Shown: positions 1 through 9,073, counted from the stretch's first letter. The stretch is 64,000 nucleotides of DNA from Chloroflexota bacterium (GCA_025699005.1 JAILWI010000001.1:780908-844907), one strand, 5' to 3'. Numbers and translations: made by a program. The notes: generated from the sequence alone by a model not told the origin.

Positions 1-120
1 CCGATCGCCGATGGGATCCGGGGGGCCCGCTTCGAGCTCATCAGCGGCGCCGGACACCTTCCGCAGTACGAGCAGCCGGAGGCGTTCCGGGCTGTTCTCC
101 AGGAGTGGCTCGAAGGCTAG
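1..120 (+). CDS. C-terminal fragment of an alpha/beta-fold hydrolase (runs off the window start)
   Basis: Frame 1 reads PIADGIRGARFELISGAGHLPQYEQPEAFRAVLQEWLEG*. GAGH-x-P-x-x-E-x-P is the typical catalytic-His tail of alpha/beta hydrolases. Confidence 0.75.
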   Translation, partial: PIADGIRGARFELISGAGHLPQYEQPEAFRAVLQEWLEG

Positions 121-131
121 GTCGCCGACCC

Positions 132-283
132 GGCCGGGTTGCCGTGCAGCGGAGCTAACGGCCACCTTGGTGCGCCTGCGTGCCGGCCTGATACCGCCGA
201 GCGAACCGGGCGGCCAAGTTGCAGCCGAAATCGGGCCGAACTTGTCCGTTAGTTCCGGTGGGTGGCAACCGGGGCCACCTTGG
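132..283. repeat. Imperfect long inverted repeat or structured intergenic element between convergent genes
   Basis: CGGAGCTAACGG (150-161) pairs with CCGTTAGTTCCG (246-257); GGTTGCC (137-143) pairs with GGCAACC (264-270); GGCCACCTTGG occurs at 160-170 and 273-283. Confidence 0.55.
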
Positions 284-297
284 GAGGCCCCAGGAGC

Positions 298-738
298 TCA
301 GCCCGAGGTGCGGAGCGCCCGCTCCAGGAGCTCGATCGCGTTGCGCTTGCGGTCGATGACGTGCTCGAGCAGATGCTCGGTGGCCTCGCCCTCGGCGTCG
401 TCCGCATCGGCAGGGATGGCCTCGACCAGCGCATCGAGCGTCTCGCGCTGCATCTCGAGCAGCCGGCGCACCGCCGCCCGCCACGACTTCGGCAGCTTCA
501 CGGAGTCCGCGCCGCCGATCTCGGGCGTGGCGCCGAAGGCGGCGATTCGGCCGGCCAGCCGCTCGACGTCGGCCAGCTCCGCCTGCGCGATCGCCCGCAT
601 CGGCTCCTGGAGCGCGAGTCCCTCGGGGCCGGGAAGCGTGCCAGCGGCAAGGGCCGCGGCAACGGCGTCGCGAGCTTGCATCGGGAGCGCGGCGTTGAGG
701 CCCCGCGCAACGGCCCTGGTGTCGGTCGTCTCGCCCAT
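298..738 (-). CDS. Ferritin-like four-helix-bundle protein
   Basis: Helical protein with ELADVERLAGRIAAFGATP, resembling the ferritin/Dps LAERI..LGG.P segment, and EHLLEHVIDRK. Start set at ATG 738. Confidence 0.6.
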   Translation of the reverse strand: MGETTDTRAVARGLNAALPMQARDAVAAALAAGTLPGPEGLALQEPMRAIAQAELADVERLAGRIAAFGATPEIGGADSVKLPKSWRAAVRRLLEMQRETLDALVEAIPADADDAEGEATEHLLEHVIDRKRNAIELLERALRTSG

Positions 739-904
739 CGCGGAGCGCAAGAGCAACCGGCGTGCCCGATCAGGCCGACGGGCTACGGCAGCGGCTCCAG
801 AAGGGACTGCCAGAATTGCGTTCGAGCCGCCCTGAGTAGGCCGCCGACGAGGACGTGGACGTGGGCCCCCGCCCCGTTCCCCGTCGGGCGAGCGGACCGG
901 CTGG

Positions 905-2164
905 TCAGGCGGTGAGGCTGGTGGCCGAGGCGTCGTCTTCGACGACCGCCAACTGGGCCTCGAGGTCCTTCACGCTGCGCAGCACCCCCGCGCGGAGGAG
1001 GTCGAGGGCATCGGCAACCTCGCGGGCCGTCGAGCCGATGTGGGTCAGCTTCGTCTTCAGGCCACGGACGCAGTCGACCTGCCGGGTGAGGTCCTCGAGC
1101 GAGCGCGTGACCGCCTCGGTGTCCAGCTGGACCTGGGCATCGCGCAGGGTCAGGAGGGCCAGGATGCGCGCCGCGCGGTAGGCGGCCTCGAGCGCGACGG
1201 CGTCATCGGTCTCCGGGTCGTAGGTCGCGTACACGTCGGGCCCGATCATGGCCAGCGGTGCGACCGAGGTCGGGGCGGTGTGTGGCGTGAAGACCGCCAG
1301 CGCCACCGCCGCCGACCGGTTCATTCGTCCCTCGGCCAGCTCCTGCGTCATGCGGTTGATGGGCATGGAGCGGTCCTTGGCCTCGACCACGATGCGCAGG
1401 GTCGTGCCGCGCGTCCGGGTCGGGTCGATGGTGATGACGAGGTCCCCCTTCTTCGAGCGCATCCCGTCGCCACCCTCGGTGCCGGTGAGCTCGACGAGGT
1501 CGCCCATGCCGCGGGCCATGGCGCCCAGGCGTGCCTCCAGCGCCTCCTCGAAATCGGCTCCCTTGGCCGTCCCCCGGGCACGCTCCTCGGCGCGGGCCTT
1601 CTTCGCCTCCTCGAGCGCAGTGATGCGCTCGCTGAGCCGGCGGAACTCGTCGGTCACCTCGCCACGGAACTGGTGGAGCGGGCTGCCGGCGCGCGTCGGG
1701 TCGAGCAGCTGAGCCAGCCGCGAGCCGTCGCCGTCGAAGTAGCGACCGAGCAGGTCATTGAGGCGGCCGATGGCGCTGTCGCGCTTCGTCTCGTCGAACA
1801 GCTCGTGGGTCAGGCGGCGCAGCTTGCCGTCGTCGCCCAGGAACTGCTCGAGCGTCTTCGGCAGGCGCCCGTCGCGGTCACCGAAGTGCTCGCGAAGCGT
1901 GACGGCCAGCGTCTCCGCCGCCCGCTCCTGGGTGCCCTCCATCCGCTCGTAGAGGCGCTCGAACTCGGCCTTCACGACATCGGCGCTCATGCTCACGCCC
2001 GCGTTCGAGAGCGTCAGCAGGCCGATGCGCAGCGCGCGCTCCAGCAGCTGGCCGCGCTCCGGCTCCGGCGTCTCGCGCACGAAGGCGGCGAGGGCCGCAT
2101 CGGCGAAGGTCAGGCCCTCGATGCCGATGGAATCGCCCGTGATGGTGATGCGTGCCTGCGTCAT
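905..2164 (-). CDS. Coiled-coil protein with C-terminal PD-(D/E)XK-like nuclease domain (RmuC/DUF2130-like)
   Basis: Long heptad-rich region followed by KGADFEE...GDLVI...IVVEAKD, a restriction-endonuclease-like motif order. Confidence 0.6.
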   Translation of the reverse strand: MTQARITITGDSIGIEGLTFADAALAAFVRETPEPERGQLLERALRIGLLTLSNAGVSMSADVVKAEFERLYERMEGTQERAAETLAVTLREHFGDRDGRLPKTLEQFLGDDGKLRRLTHELFDETKRDSAIGRLNDLLGRYFDGDGSRLAQLLDPTRAGSPLHQFRGEVTDEFRRLSERITALEEAKKARAEERARGTAKGADFEEALEARLGAMARGMGDLVELTGTEGGDGMRSKKGDLVITIDPTRTRGTTLRIVVEAKDRSMPINRMTQELAEGRMNRSAAVALAVFTPHTAPTSVAPLAMIGPDVYATYDPETDDAVALEAAYRAARILALLTLRDAQVQLDTEAVTRSLEDLTRQVDCVRGLKTKLTHIGSTAREVADALDLLRAGVLRSVKDLEAQLAVVEDDASATSLTA

Positions 2165-2227
2165 GCGCCCACTGTCGCGGGCGTTCGTGACAGCAGTCTG
2201 TCGCGATCACCCCGACTCGAGAGCCGA

Positions 2228-2953
2228 TCAGGCGCTCACGCGCTCCTGATTCGGGACGATCGCGGCGGCAATGGCGGCGCTGCGCTCGAGGAACTGGCCG
2301 ACTCGATCGAGCCGCGCGTCGTCGTCGTATCGGCCCACGATGTAGACCCCGAGCTTCTGCCACCAGTACAGCTGGTAGATGCATTCGTCGTCGGGTGACA
2401 TGAAGGTGGCCCACTCGCGGCGGTCGCTGGTGCGGATGTCGGTGGCACCGGCACGCGTGAGCTCGTCCACCAACGTCCGGGTGCGGGCGCGATCGGCCTC
2501 CTCGGACCGTTCGAACCGGTCCGACCGGCCCACCGCCTCGCCCACCGCGTCGAGCAGGTCGTCGAGACTGAACGGCTTGGCCAGGATCGCCGCGAAGTCG
2601 GCGGCCCGCGCGCGCTGGCTCGCGTTGGCGCGGGCCTCGAGCACCGCCTGTGCGTGCGCCGTGAACATCACGGTGGGAACGGCCCGCGAGCGGCGTGACA
2701 GGTAGGCAGCCTCGTTCCAGCCGCCACCGAAGTCGTGACCCCCGTCGCCGTCCAGCAGGATGCAGTCCGGCTCGAGCCGCCCGACCGCCGCGGCGATCGA
2801 GTCGTGATCCGTCTTGTCGAGGGTCCCGACCTCGTAACCCTCGTCCGTCAGCATGGCGCTGACCAGTTCCGTGATGTCCCGGTCGTTGTCGACGAGCAGC
2901 ACGCGGAAGGGATCCCCCGGCGCCTCCGGCTGCTCATGACGCTCAACCATCAT
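2228..2953 (-). CDS. Response regulator (REC domain) with an unrecognised C-terminal domain
   Basis: VLLVDND, CILLD (phosphoacceptor), MFTAH, AKPF, then about 85 aa with no HTH. Confidence 0.8.
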   Translation of the reverse strand: MMVERHEQPEAPGDPFRVLLVDNDRDITELVSAMLTDEGYEVGTLDKTDHDSIAAAVGRLEPDCILLDGDGGHDFGGGWNEAAYLSRRSRAVPTVMFTAHAQAVLEARANASQRARAADFAAILAKPFSLDDLLDAVGEAVGRSDRFERSEEADRARTRTLVDELTRAGATDIRTSDRREWATFMSPDDECIYQLYWWQKLGVYIVGRYDDDARLDRVGQFLERSAAIAAAIVPNQERVSA

Positions 2954-3123
2954 CGTTCTCCCGCTCGGTAAGCGAGCAATGAAGTCGAACCCGGATGGGA
3001 TTTTTCGGGGGGAGTGATAGCACACGGGATGCCAGATGTGAAGCGTCCCGGCCGCCGCGGCTGGAGTAGCCGGCGGATCGGGTGGACAATGGTCCGACAC
3101 ACCGGAACCGGAGGAGACACCCG

Positions 3124-3897
3124 ATGACCACCGCAACCACGACACGCCCGGCCTGGGTCGAGCTCGCGACGGATGACCCCGCCGCTGCGCACGATTTCTA
3201 CAGCAAGCTCCTGGGGTGGACGATCGACGTCTCCGATGACCCGCAGTACGGCGGGTACGCCATGGCGCACCTGGACGAGGGGGAGGGCGACGTCGCCGGG
3301 ATCACCGCGAAGATGATGCCCGAGGCGCCCACCGCCTGGAACCTCTACATCGAGACCGATGACGCCGCGGCGCTGTGCGATGCCGTCGAGGCGGCCGGCG
3401 GGACCGTGATGGCACCGGCCTTCGACGTGGGTGACATGGGTCGCATGGCCGTCTTCGCCGATCCGACCGGCGCCGTGATCTCGGCGTGGCAGGGGACCTC
3501 AGCCCGGACGTTCCGCAGCGGGGACACCGGCGCGTACGGATGGGCCGAGCTCAGCTCGCGGGGACTGGATCGCGCCATCCCGTTCTACGAGAAGGTCTTC
3601 GGCTGGCGCGCGGAGACGAATCCCATGGGCGAGGGACAGCCCGACTACACGCAGTTCCACGCCGGCGACGACTCCGTCGCCGGGGCCATGGAGATGCAGC
3701 CCGGTATACCGGACGAGGTCCCGAGCTACTGGATGATCTACTTCAACGTGGACGACGTGGATGCCGCCTTCAAGCGGGCGGTGGACCTGGGCGGGTCCGA
3801 GGTCGTTGCGCCCTCCCCGATGCCGGGCGGACGCTTCGCGATCGTGAACGATCCGCACGGCGCCATGTTCGGGCTGCTCGACATGCAGGCGAGCTGA
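3124..3897 (+). CDS. Two-domain VOC/glyoxalase family protein (Rv0577/Cfp32-like)
   Basis: WVELAT..FY..LLGW and WAELSS..FYEKVFGW repeats, DPTGA/DPHGA motifs, GGAGGAG RBS upstream. Confidence 0.9.
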   Translation: MTTATTTRPAWVELATDDPAAAHDFYSKLLGWTIDVSDDPQYGGYAMAHLDEGEGDVAGITAKMMPEAPTAWNLYIETDDAAALCDAVEAAGGTVMAPAFDVGDMGRMAVFADPTGAVISAWQGTSARTFRSGDTGAYGWAELSSRGLDRAIPFYEKVFGWRAETNPMGEGQPDYTQFHAGDDSVAGAMEMQPGIPDEVPSYWMIYFNVDDVDAAFKRAVDLGGSEVVAPSPMPGGRFAIVNDPHGAMFGLLDMQAS

Positions 3898-3907
3898 CCC
3901 ACCCGCC

Positions 3908-4339
3908 ATGGCGGGGATCGAGAACCGGGCGGGACCCGGTGAGAGCACGGCGTTCGAGGAGGCGATGTCCGCCTCCTCGGACGATGTCCGGGCAGTGGCC
4001 CGAGCCATTCGTGAGCTCGTGTACGACGTGTTCCCGGACTCGGTCGAGGTGGTCTGGGCCCGGCAGCGATCGGTGGGATGGGGCATCGGCCCGAAGAAGT
4101 TCACCGAGCAGTTCGCGTACGTCCTGCCGTTCGCAGGGCACGTCACCCTGGGCTTCTACCGCGGCGGTGAGCTGCCCGACCCCGCCGGCCTGCTGCCGTC
4201 CGAGGGCGGCACCCAGGTCTCGGGTGCGCTGTCGATGCGAAGCCTGAAGCTCGGTTCGCCCGAGGACGTCGCCCGGCCCGAGCTCCGGTCCCTGATCGAG
4301 GCGGCCGTGGAGGAACGGCGTAGCGCGCTCGCCCGCTGA
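3908..4339 (+). CDS. DUF1801 domain protein
   Basis: HVTLGFYRGGELPDPAGLL...MRSLKL matches the DUF1801 pattern. Confidence 0.75.
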   Translation: MAGIENRAGPGESTAFEEAMSASSDDVRAVARAIRELVYDVFPDSVEVVWARQRSVGWGIGPKKFTEQFAYVLPFAGHVTLGFYRGGELPDPAGLLPSEGGTQVSGALSMRSLKLGSPEDVARPELRSLIEAAVEERRSALAR

Positions 4340-4389
4340 GGTTCTTGCCTCGGTAGCTCGTCTGACTTCACGGCCGCCGCGTGGCGGCG

Positions 4390-5016
4390 TCAGGAGGAGG
4401 GAGCCGGGGCGGGAGCGATGGCCCCCTCGACGAAGAGGTCGACGTTTGCGCGGAGCTCGGAGCGAAGCTGGGAGATCGGGAAGTCCTCGCCCGCGCGGAC
4501 GAGTGCCCCGGTCGTGAGGTCCACGAGTTGGCGGGCGTGCGAGGTGCGTCGAGTCCGCCCACGAAGCTGGCCGGCCGCGGCGAGCCCGTCGAGCAGCGCC
4601 TCGTACAGCATGGGGTACTGCATCCGATCGGCCGCATAGCGTCGGCGGGTCGGGTCGGGATGGGTCATCTCGCGCGCGACGTAGGGAACGACGCCGGGAT
4701 AACGTTCGGCGATGCCGGCGATGCCATCGGCGAGGTCGTAGAGGGACTGGCGGACCGACCGGCGCCGATGCTCCGCGGCGTGAGCTGCGATCTGGCCGAC
4801 GAGGCGTGCGCCGATCTCGACGAGAATCGCCTCCTTGTACGGGAAGTAGTTGAAGACCGTCGCGCGGCTGACGTCCACCGCCTCCGCGATGTCCTCCACG
4901 CTCGTGCCGTCGATTCCACGCTCCTCGAAGAGCTGGATCGCGGCGTCGACGATCGCCTCGCGCTGGCGGTGCTTCTTGCGGTCCCGCAGGCCGGTCGTGC
5001 CGGTGTCCTTCGCCAT
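4390..5016 (-). CDS. TetR/AcrR family transcriptional regulator
   Basis: GLRDRKK..R..IVDAAI.LF...G...TSVEDIA.AVDVSRATVFNYFPYKE HTH. Confidence 0.93.
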   Translation of the reverse strand: MAKDTGTTGLRDRKKHRQREAIVDAAIQLFEERGIDGTSVEDIAEAVDVSRATVFNYFPYKEAILVEIGARLVGQIAAHAAEHRRRSVRQSLYDLADGIAGIAERYPGVVPYVAREMTHPDPTRRRYAADRMQYPMLYEALLDGLAAAGQLRGRTRRTSHARQLVDLTTGALVRAGEDFPISQLRSELRANVDLFVEGAIAPAPAPSS

Positions 5017-5125
5017 CGGGGCATTATGCCGAGCGTCGGTGCACGCAGCCAAGCAGGTGGCGGAAGCGACATGGCGCACCATGCGCTCCCACCCGGAGTT
5101 GCGCCCGAGGGGCACCATGGAAGCC

Positions 5126-5971
5126 ATGGGAGCCATTCGCAAGAAGAGCTTCACAAGCCCCGATGGGCGGAACGAGCTGCCGTTCGCGGAGATCTCGGTC
5201 GTCCGCATCGGCTCACACACGATCGGCTATGGCGTGGTACAGCCGGGATTCCGGTGGAGCAAGGACATGGGGCCGACGGTCGGTACGCCCTCGTGCCCGG
5301 TCCATCACCTCCAGCTCTTCCTCACCGGGCGGTTCGTCTCGCGGATGGACGACGGCGAGGAGGTCGAGTTCGGCCCGATGGAGATCGGCGACATTCCACC
5401 CGGCCACGATGCGTGGGTGGTCGGCGACGAGGCGGTCCACGTCATCGACTTCGCGGGGCACAGCGACGCCATCGGCATGCCCCGCGAGCACGAGCGGATC
5501 GTCACGACCCTGCTCATGACCGACATCGTGGACTCCACGGCGACCGCCAGCCGGATCGGCGATGCCGCCTGGCGTGAGCTCCTTGCTGACCACAATCGGC
5601 TCGTGCGGGCCCAGTTCGTCCGCTTCGGTGGATCCGAGGTAAACACCACCGGGGACGGGTTCCTCGCCACGTTCCGCAACGCGGTGGGCGCGCTGCGATG
5701 CGCCGCCGCGATCGTGGAGGCACTCCGAGAGCCGGGACTCGAGATCCGGGCCGGGGTTCACACCGGCGAGGTGGAGATCATGGGCAGCGACGTCGGCGGG
5801 GTCGCGGTGCACGCCACCGCGCGGATCATGGCGCTCGCGGAGCCGTCGACGGTCTACGCCTCGTCGACCGCCGTCGGACTGGCCGATGGCAGCGGCCTCG
5901 CCTTCGAGGAACGCGGTCGTCGCGAGGTGAAGGGCCTGGATCGGCCGATCGAGGTGTACCGGCTGCGGTAG
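5126..5971 (+). CDS. Cupin-fused class III adenylate/guanylate cyclase
   Basis: N-terminal cupin (PGFRWS..C..HH..IPPGHDAWVVGDE) plus cyclase domain (TDIVDST, TGDGFLA, RAGVHTGE, VHATARI). Start could also be 5117. Confidence 0.88.
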   Translation: MGAIRKKSFTSPDGRNELPFAEISVVRIGSHTIGYGVVQPGFRWSKDMGPTVGTPSCPVHHLQLFLTGRFVSRMDDGEEVEFGPMEIGDIPPGHDAWVVGDEAVHVIDFAGHSDAIGMPREHERIVTTLLMTDIVDSTATASRIGDAAWRELLADHNRLVRAQFVRFGGSEVNTTGDGFLATFRNAVGALRCAAAIVEALREPGLEIRAGVHTGEVEIMGSDVGGVAVHATARIMALAEPSTVYASSTAVGLADGSGLAFEERGRREVKGLDRPIEVYRLR

Positions 5972-5992
5972 CGACGGTGCGGTCCCTTCGGA

Positions 5993-7108
5993 TCAGCGAG
6001 CGCCGGCGACGGCCGCTGTCGGGAACTCGCCGCGCGCCGCCGCCCGGCGCGCCACCTGCTCCGCCACGTACGCGGCATCGCGCCCCGCCCCGAGCACGAG
6101 CATCGAGGTGAAGCTGTACTGGAAGGGGATGCCGAGGAAGTAGAGCCCGGAGACGTCGCTCGCGACGCCGCGGAACTGAATCGGCCATCCGTCCTCGCCA
6201 ACGGTCGCGGGCTCCACCCACGAGTAGTCGGGCCGGAACCCCGTGCACCACACGACGGTGGCCACGTCATGGACGGAGCCGTCGGCGAGCATCGGGAGGC
6301 CGTCCCGCGCGCCGGTGAAGCGTGCATCCCGCAGCTCGACGCCGTCCGCCACCAGATCCTGGCGCCGATACCGCAGCAGCGGACCGCCGCCGTTCCGCAC
6401 CTTCGGCGCCATCTTGCGACCGATCGGGGTCTTCAGCGTCAGCACGTTCCAGGCGAGGAACCGCATGAGCGGCAAGGCGAGTGCGCCGCGCCGGCTCTCG
6501 ATCGAGAACGGAAGCTGTCCGAACGCCCGGCCCGACAGGATCGTGCGGTGACCATGCTGCGCCGCCTCGTGGGCGATGTCGGCGCCCGAGTGGCTCAGGC
6601 CGACCACGAGCACCGGCCCATCGGCCAGCTGGTCCGGGCGCAGGTACTCGCTGGAGTGGAGCTGCCGGATCGAGGGGGCGAGCTCCGCCGAGGCGGCCGG
6701 GACATACGGGTCGCGGAAGCCGCCGCTGGCCACGATCACCTGCCGAGCGTCGTATCGGCCGTCGCTCGTCTCGATGGCGAAGCCGTCGCCATCGGCGTGG
6801 ACACGGGTGACCCGGACGCCGGTGCGAACCGGCAGCTGCTGGCGATCGGCGTACGACTCGAGGTAGTCCGCCATCTCGCCGCCCGTCGGGAAATGGCCAC
6901 CACGCCCGGGGAACTTCATGCCGGGCAGGCCATCGTGCCTGGCGGGGCTGTACAGCTTCAGCGACTCCCACCGGGAGCGCCAGATGTCGCCGATGCGCTG
7001 GCGTCCCTCGAGGATGACGAAGTCGACGCCCCGCTTCGCCAGGTGGTGGCCGGCCGAGAGGCCGGTCTGTCCGCCGCCGATGACGACGGTCTCGAAACTC
7101 CGATTCAT
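5993..7108 (-). CDS. Flavin-containing monooxygenase-like NAD(P)/FAD-dependent oxidoreductase (CzcO/ArsO-like)
   Basis: VIGGGQTGL, GDIWRSRW, LHSSEY, VLVVGLSHSG, WCTGFRPD, GLYFLG. Confidence 0.88.
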   Translation of the reverse strand: MNRSFETVVIGGGQTGLSAGHHLAKRGVDFVILEGRQRIGDIWRSRWESLKLYSPARHDGLPGMKFPGRGGHFPTGGEMADYLESYADRQQLPVRTGVRVTRVHADGDGFAIETSDGRYDARQVIVASGGFRDPYVPAASAELAPSIRQLHSSEYLRPDQLADGPVLVVGLSHSGADIAHEAAQHGHRTILSGRAFGQLPFSIESRRGALALPLMRFLAWNVLTLKTPIGRKMAPKVRNGGGPLLRYRRQDLVADGVELRDARFTGARDGLPMLADGSVHDVATVVWCTGFRPDYSWVEPATVGEDGWPIQFRGVASDVSGLYFLGIPFQYSFTSMLVLGAGRDAAYVAEQVARRAAARGEFPTAAVAGAR

Positions 7109-7170
7109 GGCTGGGACTCTCCGTGCGGTTGCGTGCCGGACCTCAGGCTCGGGCACGTTCGACGAACGGA

Positions 7171-7191
7171 CCAGTTCGAATCGGGAACTGG
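7171..7191. promoter_or_regulatory. Candidate operator palindrome for the HxlR regulator
   Basis: CCAGTTC-N7-GAACTGG perfect inverted repeat between the divergent oxidoreductase and HxlR genes. Confidence 0.6.
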
Positions 7192-7216
7192 CTCATCGCT
7201 CGACGGGAGGGGGAAA

Positions 7217-7909
7217 ATGATGACCATGGGCCTGGCGATGACGAATGACACGGAGTACTGCGCGTTCACGAAGGCCGTCGAGCACCTGGGCGACCGGTGG
7301 AGCCTGCTCATCGTCCGCGAGATCGCTCGCTTCGGCCCGCGTGGGTTCAATGCGCTGGCGACCGGCCTGCCGGGCCATGTGTCGAGGTCGGTCCTCGCCG
7401 CCAAGCTGCGCAAGCTCGAGGAGATCGGCCTGCTGGCGCGCGATCCCGCCGATCCCGGTCGCTCCTCGCCGTACCTCCTGACGCCGGCGGGGGAGCAGCT
7501 CGTGCCGACCTTGAAGTCGCTGTGGGACTGGGCCGAGCACTGGGTGCCCGAGGATCCGGCCATGGCCGAGCGCGATCCCTCGGTCATCCTGTGGTGGCTC
7601 CGGCATCGCGCGGACCGCGAGCGCGCTCCCGAGCAGCAGGTGGCGATCGAGCTCGAGCTGCACGACCCCGGTGCCGAGCGGTCGTGGCTCCTGCTCGCCC
7701 GCGGCGTCGAGCCGAACCTGTGCCTGGAGGATCCGCTGCTCGGCGAGGAGCGCTACGTCTACGTCGAGGCCGATGCGTCCTCGCTCTTCCCGGTCGCTCG
7801 GGGCCTGCGCTCGTGGGCCGATGCCCGTGCCGACGGGTCCGTTGCGATCTTCGGACCGCCAGGGCTCGTCGCCGAGCTCGGGAGCTGGTTCCTGCCGGTC
7901 ACCACGTAA
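7217..7909 (+). CDS. HxlR-family winged-helix regulator with SCP2-like C-terminal domain
   Basis: YC.F.KAVE.LGDRWSLLIVRE...FN.L..GLPG.VSRSVLA.KLR.LE; GGGAGG RBS upstream. Confidence 0.88.
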   Translation: MMTMGLAMTNDTEYCAFTKAVEHLGDRWSLLIVREIARFGPRGFNALATGLPGHVSRSVLAAKLRKLEEIGLLARDPADPGRSSPYLLTPAGEQLVPTLKSLWDWAEHWVPEDPAMAERDPSVILWWLRHRADRERAPEQQVAIELELHDPGAERSWLLLARGVEPNLCLEDPLLGEERYVYVEADASSLFPVARGLRSWADARADGSVAIFGPPGLVAELGSWFLPVTT

Positions 7910-7915
7910 GGGCGG

Positions 7916-8977
7916 TCAGTCCCCGTCGCGCAATCGGTCGTGGCTCCGACCCACGCGGGCCTCGCGGAGGCTGCTGCGCAGCCAGCGCGGAACGCCCACC
8001 TCGTCCGGAGCGGGCCCCGCGTCGGTCGGAGGGTCCGGCGCCAGCGCGAAGTCTTCCACGTGAGGCGAGGGGGTCGGATCGTCGCCACCTGAGGAGGTGG
8101 CGCCAACGAGCGCCGGCGGGTCGCCCGGCAGGCGACGCCGCTTGACGATCGCGAAGAAGAAGGCAAGGCCCGCGAGCGTCGAGACGAGGTAGGCGATGAT
8201 CGGCGTCGGGATGGCGAGCGTCAGGGCAGGCAGATCCCACGTCAGCGGCGGCTTTGCGGTGGCGTGCCCGGGCGTCTGGCTCGGCGCACCTGGCGAGCCG
8301 GAAGGGGTGCCCACGCTGCCGGCGCCCGGCGTCGGCGATCCATCGGCCGTCGCTGATGCCTCGTCCGAGGGCGACGGGGTGTGGCTGAGGCCGGGTGTCG
8401 CGGTCGCGGAGGGTGTCGATGGGGAAGTGGTCGAAGTGCTGTCGGCTGGCGGCGCGGTCGTCGCCGGTGGCGCGGTGGTGACGGGCGGTGGCGGAGGCGT
8501 CGGCGGCGGAGCTGTCGGCGGCAGCGTCGGCTTCGGGGTGGGGGGCTTCTGCGTCGGGATCGGCGTCGGCGCACCGATCACCACGCTCGCCGGCGAGGTC
8601 GTGGTGAGGCTTGCCGACTTCTCGCCAGCTCCCGAGCCGCTCGTGGCCGTGAAGGAGTAGTCATAGGTGCCCGGGGGCGGGGTGATGGCGACGCTGAACG
8701 TGACACCCGCCCGGAAATCGGATCCGCCCGCACCCATCCCGTAGGTGCCGAGGCCCGCGACCGTCACGACGACCGAGGAGGGGGCGCACCCGGCGCTATC
8801 GGCATACGTCACGCGAAACACCACCGCGGTGCCCGGCGGTCCGCTTCCCGGAGTCGCGCTCCCGGCGCTGAGCGCGATCTGATGCGACGCTCCATTGCAC
8901 GAGGCGGCGTACACCGGCAGGCTCGTCGACAGCAGGAGAGCCGCGGCGAGGGCGCTGGAACGGACTGCTCGGTTCAT
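7916..8977 (-). CDS. Secreted or membrane-anchored protein: signal peptide, beta-rich Cys-containing domain, Pro/Thr/Ser stalk, TM helix, cytoplasmic PRWLR tail (paralog A)
   Basis: Signal peptide ending VYA-A, two Cys, P/T-rich linker, hydrophobic IIAYLVSTLAGLAFFFAIV then KRRR. Homologous to 22486..23595. Confidence 0.75.
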   Translation of the reverse strand: MNRAVRSSALAAALLLSTSLPVYAASCNGASHQIALSAGSATPGSGPPGTAVVFRVTYADSAGCAPSSVVVTVAGLGTYGMGAGGSDFRAGVTFSVAITPPPGTYDYSFTATSGSGAGEKSASLTTTSPASVVIGAPTPIPTQKPPTPKPTLPPTAPPPTPPPPPVTTAPPATTAPPADSTSTTSPSTPSATATPGLSHTPSPSDEASATADGSPTPGAGSVGTPSGSPGAPSQTPGHATAKPPLTWDLPALTLAIPTPIIAYLVSTLAGLAFFFAIVKRRRLPGDPPALVGATSSGGDDPTPSPHVEDFALAPDPPTDAGPAPDEVGVPRWLRSSLREARVGRSHDRLRDGD

Positions 8978-9030
8978 GACAGGTTCAGGAGTACGGGTGC
9001 ACGACGGTACGCCGCTCCCTCGACCTACCC

Positions 9031-9073
9031 GATGACACGAAGGTCCTGCGCGCGACCGGGACGATCGGTCGCC
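9031..9073. promoter_or_regulatory. Conserved upstream motif, copy 1 (shared with 23661..23703)
   Basis: GATGACACGAAGGTCCTGCGCGCGACCGGGACGATCGGTCGCC, 33/43 identical and ungapped versus copy 2. Confidence 0.65.

Noticed and set aside
7165-7195. GTTCGAATC resembling a tRNA T-arm
   Set aside because: No acceptor, D or anticodon stems around it; better explained as an operator palindrome.
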